A stretch of DNA of 64,000 nucleotides from Octopus sinensis (taxonomy: Eukaryota): NCBI RefSeq assembly GCF_006345805.1, contig NC_043013.1, positions 18,228,001 through 18,292,000 of the forward strand, given 5' to 3'. The translations under genes were made by a program, and so were the position numbers. Numbering within the stretch: position 1 is the stretch's first letter; each line of letters starts with the position of its first letter. The notes below the pieces were generated by a model that saw only the letters and a list, made by a program, of their open reading frames with translations, had not been told where the DNA came from and searched no databases. Of this stretch, positions 1 through 12,229 are shown in pieces.

Positions 1-1710
1 AAAGGTAAAGGTGACGCCCTAGATACAAGTAATTACAGAGGTATCAAGCTGTTGGATCAGGTAATGAAGGTTACGGAAAGGGTCATAGCCCAACTGATTA
101 GGGAGAGAGTCAACCTGGACGAGATGCAGTTTGGTTTCGTGCCAGGGAAAAGCACCACCGATGCCATATTTCTGGTGAGACAGCTGCAGGAGAAATACCT
201 AGCCAAAAATAAAACTCTGTACCTGGCTTTCATTGTCTTGGAGAAAGCCTTTGAAAGGGTCCCCCGTTCTCTTATCTGGTGGTCAATGAGGAAACTAGGG
301 ATAGATGAATGGTTAGTGAGAGCTGTGCGTGCCATGTACAGGGACGCTGTTAGTAAGGTGAGGGTTGGCAACGAGTACAGTGAAGAATTCCGGGTAGAGG
401 TTGGGGTCCACCAAGGTTCAGTCCTCAGCCCCCTCCTATTTATCATAGTCCTCCAGGCAATAACGGAGGAATTCAAGACAGGATGCCCCTGAGAGCTCCT
501 CTATGCTGATGACCTTGCTCTAATTGCTGAATCACTATCAGAACTGGAGGAGAAGTTTCAGACGTGGAAGCAAGAATTAGAATCGAAGGGCCTTAGAGTC
601 AACCTAGCTAAAACCAAAGTCCTAATAAGTAGGAAGGTAGACAAATCTCAAACGCCTTCAGGTAGATGGCCCTGCTCGATCTGTAGAAAAGGTGTAGGTA
701 GGAACTCTATAAGATGCACCAAGTGTAAGCTATGGACACATAAGAGGTGCAGCAATGTCAAAGGAAGGCTAACTAGGAATATAGTTTTTGTATGTGGCAG
801 ATGCTCAGGAGCAATAAACACTGAAAATGCGCAGAGACCATCTTCCGCCACATTCCAGTGAGAAAAACTAGAAATAGTTGATAGTTTCTGTTACCTAGGT
901 GATCAAGTCAGTAGCGGGGGCGGGTGTGCCGAAAGTGTAAGAATACACTAGAGTAAGAATAGCCTGGGCAAAGTTCAGAGAGCTTTTACCTCTGCTGGTG
1001 ACAAAAGGCCTCTCGCTCAGAGTAAAAGGCAGACTGTATGACACATGTGTACGAACAGCCATGCTACATGGCAGTGAAACATGGACTGTGACTGCTGAGG
1101 ATATGCATAAGCTTGCAAGAAATGAAACCAGTATGCTCCGATGGATGTGTAAAGGACAAGTGAGGCCATAACTCGTGGCCCCTACATGGGTCGTAGTCAG
1201 TCCACCTGTGCATACCTTCCTTCTTGGGACATATAACTCTACTTGTGAAGACCTGTTGAGGCAAGTGAAAATCAAAGAATCAAAAAATCGAAATCAATCA
1301 ACATCAATGGAATTTGTAGTTTGTGGTATCAGCGCCAGTGGCACATAAGAGAACAATCCGAATGTGGCCATAGCCAGCACCGTATCGACTGGCCTCCGTG
1401 CTGGTGGCACGTAACAAACACCATCCGATCATGGCCGTGCCAGCCTTGCCTGGCCTCCGTGCCGGTGGCACGTAAAAAGCACCATCTGAGCGTGGCCGTT
1501 CGCCAGCCTCGTCTGGCACCTGTGTCGGTGGCACATAAAAAGTACCCACTACACTCACGGAGTGGTTAGCGTTAGGAAGGGCATCCAGCTGTAGAAACAC
1601 TGTCAGATCTGACTGGCCTGGTGCAGCCTTTGGGCTTCCCAGACCCCAGTTGAACCGTCCAACCCATGCTAGCATGGAAAGCGGACGTTAAACAATGATG
1701 ATGATGATGA
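1..1710 (+). mobile_element. RTE-clade LINE, 3' part (RT domain, Cys-rich finger, 3'UTR, (GAT)n tail); degraded, internally deleted near 1150
   Basis: Translation gives QFGFVPGKSTTDAIF, LEKAF, GVHQGSVLSPLLF, then YADD after an in-frame stop, and ...AMLHGSETW...MLRWMC. It ends in GGACGTTAAACAATGATGATGATGATGA. Confidence 0.95.
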
Positions 1711-1915
1711 TTGGGTTTATTTACATTTGTGAAGAAAAAAAGATAGCCTTCCCCCCACCCGTAACCCTAACCCTAAAACAGATTGAAATGCAATAGATCG
1801 ATACTAGGGTCATAATTATGGGTGACAATTTCATATGACACCGCTAGAAAACACTGCCGTTCAAACCGAAAACATCCCATATTTTCTGTGGAAGACTGGA
1901 AATGAATGACCTCAC

Positions 1916-1961
1916 TTGTATAATGATGATACTTATTTACAACTATCAAGTAATGTCTAGA
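1916..1961 (-). CDS. Internal coding exon of unidentified minus-strand gene (SRHYLIVVNKYHHYT)
   Basis: ccctag|...|gtgagg. 46 nt, only the phase-0 frame is open, which matches the end phase of exon 2147-2199. Confidence 0.65.
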
Positions 1962-2146
1962 CTAGGGCACATACAAATATATACACAATTGTGCATACAT
2001 ACATACACATTACACACACACACACACATACTGGGCCCAAGGGATCAGAGAAATTATGCCTGTTTAACATTGAGTTATATATTTCATTGCATGTGTTAAA
2101 TTAATATTCATAGCTTTCGTTTGGGAGGGCATTACTCACTACTTAC

Positions 2147-2199
2147 TTTGCTTAACCAGAGGAAATATCTTTCATAAATGTCGAGGAACCTGGAGTCAA
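2147..2199 (-). CDS. Internal coding exon (L-DSRFLDIYERYFLWLSK)
   Basis: gtcttatag|...|gtaagt. 53 nt, only the phase-1 frame is open; it chains with both neighbouring exons. Confidence 0.75.
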
Positions 2200-2324
2200 C
2201 TATAAGACATACATTTTGTAAACTTAGCCAACAGGGGAGATAACTGTAATCATTAAAATAGAGTTATGTCCCCTTTGAAATTTATGTAACGCTCAGACCC
2301 TAATCTAACAATCAATTGTCTCAC

Positions 2325-2404
2325 GTTTCTGAAGACACACGACTCTAAATCTTATAGCAGAGTGTATGAGAGCAGTTTCAGGATCTGGTACTGGAAACAT
2401 AAGT
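2325..2404 (-). CDS. Internal coding exon (LMFPVPDPETALIHSAIRFRVVCLQK)
   Basis: Pyrimidine-rich acceptor ttgtttttctttgcgtttaaatgtag, donor gtgaga. 80 nt, only the phase-2 frame is open and it ends in phase 1. Confidence 0.75.
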
Positions 2405-2710
2405 CTACATTTAAACGCAAAGAAAAACAACAGAAACACTACAACATTGTCAAGATATATATGGCATCTTAAAGTACAATAATACTAGCAACTCTGATCG
2501 ATCTATACTCTAGAAAATGTGCTCTTTATGCCAATTACTATGGTCACTATAATTACAAGAAACACTACCTCCTTACCAGAACAGTAGACATTTCATATAT
2601 GAGAAATGGAGCTGATTAATAAATATTTCCTAAGTAATTTTAGTAAGACAGCTACTGGACTCAACTGAACAGCCAAATGTATTGCTAAATAATCTGTAGA
2701 TCACTCTCAC

Positions 2711-2874
2711 ATGTGCAAGACAAACTGGAAGTCAGTAAAATGAACCACCACAAATACTGAATCAGAGTGTTTAACAGCTGTCCTTGTTTGAAGATTGTCA
2801 TTGGACACTGACCAGAGACAGTCTAAGTAATGGAATACTCTTAGAACAACAACTCCAGCTGTTAAATATTTACT
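2711..2874 (-). CDS. Candidate coding exon (SKYLTAGVVVLRVFHYLDCLW...HFTDFQFVLH)
   Basis: ttattcag|...|gtgaga. 164 nt open, phase 0 to phase 2, compatible with exons 5495-5546 and 2325-2404. The 5' boundary is uncertain. Confidence 0.45.
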
Positions 2875-3734
2875 CTGAATAATATATTGAAATTTTTTTA
2901 CTTTATTCAAGGAATTCAGAATGTTGAGCCTCATGGAGAAGATGATTAAGGATTGAAATAATTGGTGACTTGCTGTGCTTGAGAAGACCTGTCCTTCTCA
3001 GCAAAAAAGTGGTCCTAAAAGCATATTGTTTATATCTATGCCCCTGCACTCAATCTGTGTCTGTCAAGTCTCTGCACCACAACTAATCTTCCCAACACCC
3101 ACTCTTCCATCACTCTTCTGACTAGGGCACCTTTTCTTCTGCTGCTGTAATTATATGAGATCAGAACTGCATACATTTCATTACACTTTTGTACTACCAG
3201 TTATCACTTTCCATGAAACCACTATTCTTTAATCAATGTCATCCCTTACCAGTTTGTTTTCCACTGAATGCCCTTTTCACCCCCCACTGTCCAATCCTGT
3301 TCCACTTCTCTCTTATTTTCACTTTTGTGTACCTCAAGGGCATACCTCATCATCATCTTTTCACTTTCTTTCCAGGTAGGTTAGTCATGTATCTCCTCTA
3401 CAGCAAGACACCTGTTCCTGTACCTCCATCATACTTTAACCTTTCAACACTTGGCATAAAACTACCTCCCTCAATACTGCACTCTAACTCAGTCGGAGGA
3501 TCTTGTCTTGCACATTATTTGGTAACTTCACTCGTGCTAGTACCATGGAAAAAAGCAGTCAGTACATACTGTAAAGTGGCTGACAGTAGAAAGGACATCC
3601 AGTCATAGAAATGTCAAAGAAGATACTGGAGTTCAGTGTAGTCCTCTGGCTCAATGATTTCTGTTGAACCATCCAACCCATACCAGCACGAAAAACAGCC
3701 ATTAAAAGATGAGGATGCTAATGTAATAATACCT

Positions 3735-4410
3735 CATAATGACGGACCCATGTTTCATCTCCTGTGACTATTCTGCTCAAAAATTCCTTGCCCTCATTGT
3801 TGTAGCGATCAAGTAAATGTTGGCAGATCTCAAGGTGTTTGTGCTTGTGCTCTGCAGTAAGCTCTCTTGGCACCCAACGTGCACAGACCTTATGGAAGCT
3901 GGGAGCATCTTGGATAATTTGATAGGCAGAACCATGACTAATCTGTAGGGAATGTCTACCTCATCGATGATAACTCACCGGTTCCCCATCTTCTCTTGAG
4001 CTTGCTGAATCTTCTCATCAGTGGTGGAGGTTGATGGGCGTCTTGCACCCTCTTCACGTTTCATGCTTGTCCAACCACTTTTAAACTTCTCGATCCACTC
4101 ATACACACTTCTACATGGTAGTGCACTGACCCCATATTCTGCTAAAAGCTTCTGATGAATTTCGGCACCTGACACACCTTCCGACCAGAGAAATCGGATC
4201 ACTGCTCTTTGTTCTTCTTTGGTGCATATCGCTAGCAGAGTGGACATGCTTACACTGTAGAGCCAGAAAGGAAAATGGTGCAATCAGGCTCAAGCTTTGA
4301 TCACGTGACCACAATAGTACCAACTATATGCACGCATATGCAGAAGACAGTGAGGCAATAATAAAGACATGTAATGGTGAAAGTGTGGAGAATTTTTGAC
4401 TTCCCTTCAT
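3735..4410 (-). mobile_element. Mariner (DD34D-type) transposon, 5' half, decayed
   Basis: N-terminal HTH EEQRAVIRFLWSEG...IHQKLLAEYG and the RIVTGDETWV motif; the terminus abuts a (TA)n tract. Confidence 0.85.
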
Positions 4411-4537
4411 ATATATATATATATATATATATATTGGTAAAAATGGTAAGATAACAAAAGAAAGAAAGAGACCTCAATATTATGTAAATAGAGGAATTTA
4501 TTTGTAAATATAATATGTGACAATTATTCGGTAGCCA

Positions 4538-4600
4538 AGATAAAACTCTGAGTTTCAGATGCCGAGGTGGAAATTCACACCACCATCTCTTCAGTTATCC
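4538..4600 (-). ncRNA. Type-I hammerhead ribozyme motif (left arm)
   Basis: GGATAA-CTGAAGA-GATG..CATC-T-GAAA-CTC A GAG-TT-TTATCT on the minus strand. Confidence 0.65.
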
Positions 4601-4804
4601 AGCCATTGGAAAAATGCTTTGAAAAATGACCTGGTCCATATTGAATTCTTCTGTGTGGTAAATTACCTCCCGAATGCCGCTATTCTTCCCTAAGAGCTAA
4701 TAGAGCTTTTTTTTGGATAATCACCAGATATTGGTTGAGGACTCTACCACGCAGAAGAATTCAATATGGACCAGGTCATTTTTCATAGCGTTTTTCCGAT
4801 GGCT

Positions 4805-4867
4805 GGATAACTGAAGAGATGGTGGTGTGAATTTCCACCTTGGCATCCGAAACTCAGAGTTTTATCT
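4805..4867 (+). ncRNA. Type-I hammerhead ribozyme motif (right arm)
   Basis: Stem I GGATAA/TTATCT, core CTGAAGA, stem II GATG/CATC, GAAA, stem III CTC-A-GAG, GUU cleavage triplet. There is one extra C before GAAA. Confidence 0.65.
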
Positions 4868-4901
4868 TGGCTACCGAATAATTGTCACATATTACATTTA
4901 C

Positions 4902-4937
<36 letters not shown>

Positions 4938-5494
4938 TCATCATTTAATGTCCATTTACAATGCTAGCTCTCAACCATTTTTTTACTTATGGACCCCTTT
5001 GAATTCTATTTTATTCAGTGGGTGGGACTTTCATAACCATTTGATGTCTAAAAACACCTGTTATATTTTTATGATTAAATATTTTTAGGAATTGTGTAAA
5101 AACATATTTTGTGTATTGTAGAAACATAACTAGTTTATTGCACGTAAATCTTAACACCAAAATCTTATATAGGCCTCCAAGTACCATAGGGATCCTAGTT
5201 GAGAACCAGGGTCCATATGGTCAGACAGTTTGACCAGAGTTTGTAAGCTGGAGAGCAGCACCAGCCCCCAGGCATCTGTGTTGGTTTGCTTTTTATGGCT
5301 GGATGCCCTTCCTAATGCCAACCACTTTACAGAGTGTACTGTGTGTTTCTTACATGTCACCAGCATGGATTCTGTTTATGTGTCACTGGCACCATTTTAA
5401 TATCCATTTTTCTATGCTTGCTTGGGCCAGACAAAATTGAATTGAAGAGATAGATTTTCTATGTCCTGGTGCCCTTCATTTTATCAACCCTCAC

Positions 5495-5546
5495 CTTTTC
5501 GAAGCAAGGTAATAATCCTTTTTTCCCCATTGAACAATTAAACAGC
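5495..5546 (-). CDS. Candidate coding exon (LFNCSMGKKGLLPCFEK, or in the alternative frame CLIVQWGKKDYYLASK)
   Basis: ctttgttcag|...AAG|gtgagg. 52 nt, two frames open. Confidence 0.6.
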
Positions 5547-5734
5547 CTGAACAAAGTTATGAGCTACTTTTTTGCTTACTAAGATCACACATGCTAAAAA
5601 GCTCAGATGTGCTTTCATGTTTCAACACTTAGCATAATGCTCTCTCCCACCTCAAGTACTCCCCACCACATTTAGTAGAGGGAGTTTTGCCTTTTCCCTT
5701 TTTCCCTGTTCTTTTTCTGCCTTTCGAGTTACTT

Positions 5735-5935
5735 GTTTTCAAGCCACTAGTCCTGGTGGTATGAAAAAAGCACCCAATACATACTGTAAAGTGGTTGGCA
5801 TGAGGAAGGGCATCCAGCTGTAGAAACCATGCCAAAGCTGCCACTGCAGCATGGCGCAGGGCTGCTGCTCTCTGAACCTGTCAAACTGTTCAACCCATGC
5901 CAGCATGGATAATGGCCATACAATGATGATAATAA
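5735..5935 (+). mobile_element. RTE LINE 3'-UTR/tail fragment
   Basis: aaaagcaccc...gaagggcatccagctgtagaaa...caacccatgccagcatgga matches the 3' end of the LINE at 1-1710. Confidence 0.8.
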
Positions 5936-5989
5936 TATATATATATACATTAGCACACACACACAGACACACACAAACTAACACACACA

Positions 5990-6460
5990 TATAGTATAGG
6001 TAGTTAGGGTAAATTCAAGCTGTTTCCTCTTGAAGCACATTTGGTTATTCTATTATTACAATTGAATATGTAGTCTCAGTTGCTGCTGTATGTTAGTTCA
6101 AAAAATATATAAAAATTGAGAATTAGGGAAATATTATTTGCAAAGTTATTGTATAACAAAACAGGAGAATGGAATTTATTTTGGTATTATTTATATCTTC
6201 ATTACATGTGTTTCATTTGTTAATAGGAATTACGAAGTATTACATGTTGGATAGACATATAAGGAATTTCTTATTAGAAATTCTTCAGACAGAGAAATTA
6301 AATAATATATTAATTGTTATTGTTTAATTTCTCTATCTGAAGAATTTCTATTACGAAATTCCTTATATGCTTACCTAACATGTAAAACTCTGTAATTCCT
6401 ATTCAGAAATGAAACATGTAATGGTGAATAAATACCAAAAATGTCCAATTTCATGTTTTG

Positions 6461-6465
<5 letters not shown>
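5990..6465 (+). mobile_element. AT-rich non-autonomous element with internal ~130-bp-arm foldback (6179-6442)
   Basis: Inverted arms are readable by eye. A deletion derivative lacking the hairpin lies inverted at 17345-17505. Confidence 0.65.
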
Positions 6466-6501
<36 letters not shown>

Positions 6502-7004
6502 TATTATTTATTATTGTCTAAATATTATCATAGAGATCTATGCACACACACACACACATACATCATCATCATCATCATCACTGTTTCAAAGTTTGAATAA
6601 AAAATTCAGATAAATCAAAATTTTGAAAAAAATAAAAAACCAATTGTTTTGGTTGATTCACCTGTAGCCGTTTGAAGTGGTATGTGTGGCATTCTGGGAA
6701 GTGTGTTCAACTGTTTGTTGAATAACAGAAGGAAATATAATGGCTGAGGTCTGGCGGAACAGTTTACTGAAATGATAGAAGAATTAGAGAGAGAATGAGT
6801 GATTGAGTGCTGGTAGGGAGCTGGACTGAGCATAAAATAGGCATATATAGGGTGACTCAAGGATAGGTGAAGTGTGCGAGTGAGGGTGAGATAGTGTGAG
6901 TAAATGGGAGATACAGAGAGAGAGTGTAAGATGGTGAGAGAGAGACAGAGAGGAGAGGAGTTTGAGGTCATAAAGCTAGAATGTATGAGAAATATGAATC
7001 TGTT

Positions 7005-7947
7005 ACCTTTTCTTGTTTTTTTTACCTGTTACAGTCGTTCGATTGGGGCCATGCTGGAGCACCACCTTGAAAAATTTTTAGTTGAAAGAATTCACCCTAG
7101 TACTTATTTGTTTAACCTGATACTTATTCTATTAATCACTTTTGTCGAACCACTAAGTTATGGGGACTCAAACTAACCAACATTAATTGTCGGGGGACAA
7201 ACACATAAACAAAGACACACATGCATGCGCGCGCATACACACACACACACACACACATGACAGGCTTCTTTTAGTTTCCGTCTACCAAATCCAGTCACAA
7301 GGCTTTGGCTGACCTGAGGCTAAAGAAGACACTTGCCCAAGACATGGGACTGAACCCAAAACCATGTGGTTGGGAAGCAAGCTTCTTACCACACAACCAT
7401 GCCTATAAAAGTTTGTTATGCATCATCAAAAAAGTTTTCAATACTTCCTGTATGATTGTGCATCTGTGTGGACACCTGAGTGTGGAAATCTGTGTCTCTG
7501 TGTATGTGATTGAGAGTACAAGTTTGTGAGTTTGTGTGTGTGTGTGTACATCAATTTTGAATGATATACTCTTTTACTTATTTCAGTCATTTGACTGCGG
7601 CCATGCTGGAGCACCGCCTTTAGTCGAGCAAATCGACCCCGGGACTTATTCTTTGTAAGCCCAGTATTTATGCTATCGGTCTCTTTTGCCGAACCGCTAA
7701 GTGACAGGGACGTAAACACACCAGCATCGGTTGTCAAGCAATGCTAGGGGGACAAACACAGACACACAAACACACATATATATATATATATATGACAGGC
7801 TTCTTTCAGTTTCCGCCTACCAAATCCACTCACAAGGCATTGGTCGGCCCGGGTTATAGTAGATGACACTTGCCCAAGATGCCACACAGTGGGACTGAAC
7901 CCGGAACCATGTGGTTGGTTAGCAAGCTACTTACCACACAGCCACTC
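7005..7947 (-). mobile_element. Two copies of a tRNA-headed SINE with internal microsatellite (7005-7405, 7567-7947)
   Basis: Reverse complement reads gtggctgtgtggtaag...gggttcagtcccactg..ggca.cttgggcaagtgtc, then a (TA)n/(TG)n core and a ...gactgaaataagtaaaagag tail. Confidence 0.85.
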
Positions 7948-7976
7948 TTACATGTAGGTACATACATTTACATATA

Positions 7977-8194
7977 TACGAGGGGATGCTGAAGGGTTCC
8001 TGGCTTTGGGGAAAAGAAAATACAGGAGGATGAGTTTATGATTTTACTCAACATATTCTCCTCTCAGATTCACTCACTTACTTCAGTGGTCCTTCAGTTT
8101 TCTTAAACCCTGTGAAATAACTTGGAAAGTTGAGCTTCTGACTAGGCCCTCTGTGATACCCTTAAAGTCAGGAACTTTCCAGCATGTCCTTGTA
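7977..8194. mobile_element. Mariner-derived MITE
   Basis: Roughly 30-bp TIRs TACGAGGGGATGCTGAAGGGTTCCTGGCTTT / AAAGTCAGGAACTTTCCAGCATGTCCTTGTA, with TA at both ends. Confidence 0.8.
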
Positions 8195-8568
8195 AGCATG
8201 TTATATATGTAAATGTATATACATGCATGCATATATAAATATACACGCATGCACGTGTATACATATGCACATACATATGCCATAGAAACCCTGCCCAAAA
8301 TGGAATGCACAAGAAAGACACAGTCCTCTGAAACTCTCCCCTGGAGGGCAGGAACTCTGAATAGGAACTGAGTTGGAGCATGACAACCGATCTGAGATGA
8401 TGTTGATTACAATGGATGTATATGACTGTGTGTGTGTGTATCTTCACAAACACACACAGAAGTATGGAGAGATATGAAAACATAACAAAATGTCTGGTCG
8501 ATATGCATAACATTACCATTTGTAAAATCTACACATTTCTTTATACATAAATATATATAAAGCCTTAC

Positions 8569-8604
8569 GCTATTGAAACTGTTTCACAGAAATGTTGTAA
8601 TATG
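8569..8604 (-). CDS. Candidate small coding exon (F-ILQHFCETVSI-A)
   Basis: tttgtacag|...|gtaagg. 36 nt, only the phase-2 frame is open and it fits the phases on both sides. The acceptor is weak. Confidence 0.35.
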
Positions 8605-8619
8605 CTGTACAAATGCTGT

Positions 8620-8747
8620 TTTTCTGCCTGTCTGCCTGCCTGCCTACCTGTTTATCTGTCTATCTATCTATCTATCTATCTATCCATTGATCGATCTATC
8701 TATCTGTCTGTCTGTCTATCTATCTATTGATCTATCTGTCTGTCTGG

Positions 8748-8784
<37 letters not shown>

Positions 8785-8800
8785 CATCTATTTGTGTGTG
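8620..8800. repeat. Compound (GCCT)n/(TCTA)n/(TCTG)n/(TG)n microsatellite
   Basis: Directly visible. Confidence 0.95.
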
Positions 8801-9249
8801 TGTGTAATATACAACATTGATCTTGTCCATCTCATGTATACTTACAATTCAATTCTATACACATCAAAGGCAAGCAGTATTGAAATACATAAATTTGTAT
8901 ATTCATACATGCACTCATATGTATTTATGTGTGTTTATATATATATCTGTACAAATGAAAAGAAAGTGTACTGAAAACCTTGTACTGAAATTTATATTCA
9001 CAGATGAATAGCAGTTGATTCAAGTCTACTCAAAGTTTCATAAATACACAAAACATATGTCTAACCATTGTCTGGCACTGTGATTTCACCAATAAACATA
9101 TCTCATAAGCTCCTTCATGAAATGCAATATCTCGAGATCAATCTCCATCACTTCATTACAAATCTTGCTGGGCATCACTCTTCCACAGGTTACCTTCACT
9201 TTAAGCATTCATCACTTCTGAAGTTGTCATCATTCATACACATGATATG

Positions 9250-9740
9250 CCCATACCTATTTCTTTACTACCTACAAAAGGCTAAACACAGAGCGGACAA
9301 ACAAGGACAGACAAATGGATTAAGTCGATTACATCGACCCCAGTGCGTAACTGGTACTTAATTTTATCGACCCCGAAAGGATGACAGGCACAGTCGACCT
9401 CAGCGGGATTTGAACTCAGAACATAACGGCAGACGAAATACAGCTAAGCATTTCGCCTGGCGTGCTAATGTTTCTGCCAGCTCTCTGCCTTAAAAAAGAT
9501 GAAATACCTATTTCTTTACTACCCACAAGGGGCTAAACACAGAGGGGGCAAACAAGGACAGACAAATGGATTAAGTCGATTACATCAACCACAGTGCATA
9601 ACTGGTACTTATTTAATCGACCCTGAAAGGATGAAAGGCAAAGTTGACCTCGGCGGAATTTTGAACTCAGAACGTAACGGCAGACGAAATACCGCTAGGC
9701 ATTTCACCCGCCGTGCTAACGGTTCTGCCAGCTTGCCACC
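9250..9740 (-). mobile_element. Tandem (about 2.5 units) tRNA-derived SINE, central domain gcctttcatcctttcggggtcgataaattaagtacc
   Basis: B-box GAGTTCAAATCC-like motif on the minus strand; a ~190-bp unit is repeated head-to-tail. Confidence 0.85.
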
Positions 9741-9749
9741 TTTGATATG

Positions 9750-10210
9750 TCCATACCAGTACCACTTACTCTCTTGCGCATTACAAAGGCCTTCTTCTTG
9801 CCGATGAATGCTAAATATAGGGACTTACTTCTAGCTGAATACTTTTCCTGTACTTGTGTCACTAGTGGCATTGGTGGTACCTTTTCCTGGTATGATGCTG
9901 AACTGCATCTCACCCAGGTTAATCCTATTCCAAATCAGTTTTGCAATAACTTTCTTTTTAACTTTTATAACCTGATCCATCAGTTAGCTACATGGTAGCT
10001 TCCTTTTTCTAATGGATTTTCTTTGCACTTTCAGCAGTTCCCAATGATGCTACTAAACCAGTTATTAGTGTGATACTTTCCTGCACAACCTAATTGGCCA
10101 TGCAGGTGATTAGCCTGTAACAAATTCCACCAGAAATTTTAAGTATCTCAGCAGTAATTCCTAATGGACTAAGTAGATTTCCTCTCTTCATATTTTAAAT
10201 TCCTCTATCT
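9750..10210 (-). mobile_element. Old RTE reverse-transcriptase fragment
   Basis: Minus strand reads EMQFSIIPGKGTTNA and QEKYSARSKSLYLAF. Confidence 0.75.
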
Positions 10211-10712
10211 ACCATAATACTGTTAACCCTTTAGCATTTGAACTGGCCATTTCTAGCCTAAATATTCTTCCTGTTTTATATTTAAACCAATCAGATGCAG
10301 CCTCTCACACCTACCCTACAATGTCCTTCTAGAAATAAGCATGAAAATCTCATAGATTTTTTGACTCTATTGACCAGAGCATTCCACCTCTCATCTAGCC
10401 AAGTCCTTTCATCAGCTACAGATATGATTTGTAGCCTTCAGCAGGTTTTCTCATAGGAAATTCCAGCTGACCCCTAAAAGTTTCAATCTTCTCCTTTCCA
10501 CTATCATTTGTGTCATTGAGAATTTCCCTGAATCTACAATCTATTGGAGATTCCTTTAGTTTCCATGCCTTTGTTCTCCAGATTATCCTTTTTCTCTGAG
10601 TCTATCTGGCTCTTACTTTGAATTCACAATCATTAATCTTTGCTGGATGGTATATTCTTCATCAGGAAAGGATTTCGTATTTACAACTTTCTGCCTTGTT
10701 TCTTGGTGAGAA

Positions 10713-11750
10713 TATGAAGGTGGGCTGAAAACTTCATAGGCTGACTTTGAAGGAGTGATGCCAGAGTTCAGAAATCTTGCATGTATTAATTTCAACACTT
10801 CTTAATAATAACTGCATTGTTTCTTTCCAGGTAAACTGACATCTTACTGCTCAAAGAAGACTTCAAATGTAACTAGTAGCGACTTCCCTTGAAAACCAAC
10901 AAAATTTGGCATCATGGTGCTACCAAGAACCTATAGGAAAAGGGTTCATCCCCCAAGACATTCATGCTGACATGGTTGCTATACTAAGCGATGATATTCT
11001 AATTTTATCAACAGTGCAAAAGTAGGCAGCGGAATTTAGGAGGGGAAGGGAGGGTCTAGAATCTAACCCAAGGTCTGGATGTCCTGCAACATCCACCACT
11101 GAGGAAAATATTGATCAGTTTCACAACATAGTGATAGATGATAGGCAATTGACTATAAATCAAATAGCCAATGCTATTAGCATATCCTGGGAGAGAGTTG
11201 AGAATTTTCTGCACAATGAACTTGGCATGATGAAAGTTTCTGTTCCATGGGTGCCGCGTCTTCTGACACCTGATGATAAGTGCAGGAAAATCTGACATTG
11301 TCTCAGGCAGGCCCAGCCAGTTTTCTTGAACATTTCTTAATTCAGGACGAATGTTGGCTTCATCACTTTGAGCCAGAGACAAAGAGACAATTCATGTAGT
11401 GTAAATACCTCTCCTCACTTGCTCCAAAGAATGCCAAGGTTGTTTCATCTGCAGGAAAGGTGAGGGCCTCAATTTTTTGGGGTGCAAAAAGCATTGTGTC
11501 TACTGACTATCTTCAAAAGGGCCACACCATCAATAGAGAATACTATGCCAACTTGCTGAGGGCAATTATGAAAGGTAATCAAGACCAAACATCCAGGAAA
11601 ACTGACAAAAGGTGTCTGGTTTCATCAGGACAATGCTCCAGCACACAAATCCTTGGTTTCAATGACTGCTGCGCATGACTGTGGCTTTAAACTGGTTGAT
11701 CATCTTCCCTATTCTCATGATTTGCCCCATCTAACTATCATCTGTTGCCT
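10713..11750 (+). mobile_element. Mariner transposon, decayed, truncated at the 3' end
   Basis: TIR TATGAAGGTGGGCTGAAAAC; motifs WVPRLLT, HQDNAPAH and a YSPDLAPSDYHL-like sequence. Confidence 0.9.
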
Positions 11751-11753
11751 TAT

Positions 11754-12167
11754 ATGAAAAACTGGTGTGGTGAGAGTTATTGACACCCCTGTTGGATTGG
11801 AAGAATGGACTAGCCTAACATGAAAAACTATTGTGGCGAGAGTCATTGGCATCCCTGTGGGACTGGAAGAATGGACTAGCCGAACATAAAAAACTGTTGT
11901 GGCAAGAGTCAATGACACCCCTGTGGGATTGGAAGAATGGGCTAGCCGAACTCTTATAAAGAACAGCGTATTGGTTGAGACGAAGGGAGTTGTAGGAGTT
12001 GTTGAGTGTTTGTGGAAGTCATTGAGATCATTGAGAGTTTGTATTTATTGGAGTATCGTGTTTAGTGGAGTAATTTGAAGTATGTTAGTGTGAAGAGAGT
12101 TGTGTCCATCCCTGCTTCATGAAATCTGTATATCCAATGTATAGATGGATATAAAAGTGGTGATGAG
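11754..12167 (+). mobile_element. Probable Gypsy 5' LTR with 3 x 66-bp tandem repeat, TATA box and decayed PBS
   Basis: 66-bp unit at 11754/11820/11886, TATAAA at 11955, TGGTGATGAG at 12158 (consistent with CpG-decayed TGGCGACGAG), directly upstream of gag. Confidence 0.6.
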
Positions 12168-12229
12168 TTTATTCAAAGCGTACGTCAGATGTTAACATTT
12201 TCTTTTGATACAAAAATCAAAGAAAAATT

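Larger units (their letters stand above)
4499..4906. mobile_element. Foldback non-autonomous element (about 162-bp inverted arms, 84-bp spacer) carrying hammerhead motifs
   Basis: 4499-4660 is the reverse complement of 4745-4906 with few mismatches; (TA)n tracts lie on both sides. Confidence 0.9.

Noticed and set aside
1762-1776. Telomeric (TAACCC)n / chromosome end
   Set aside because: Only about 2.5 units, embedded in a short interspersed-repeat-like segment.
2577-2611. 35-nt exon with AG/GT sites
   Set aside because: Neither open frame joins exon 2325-2404 in phase without creating a stop.
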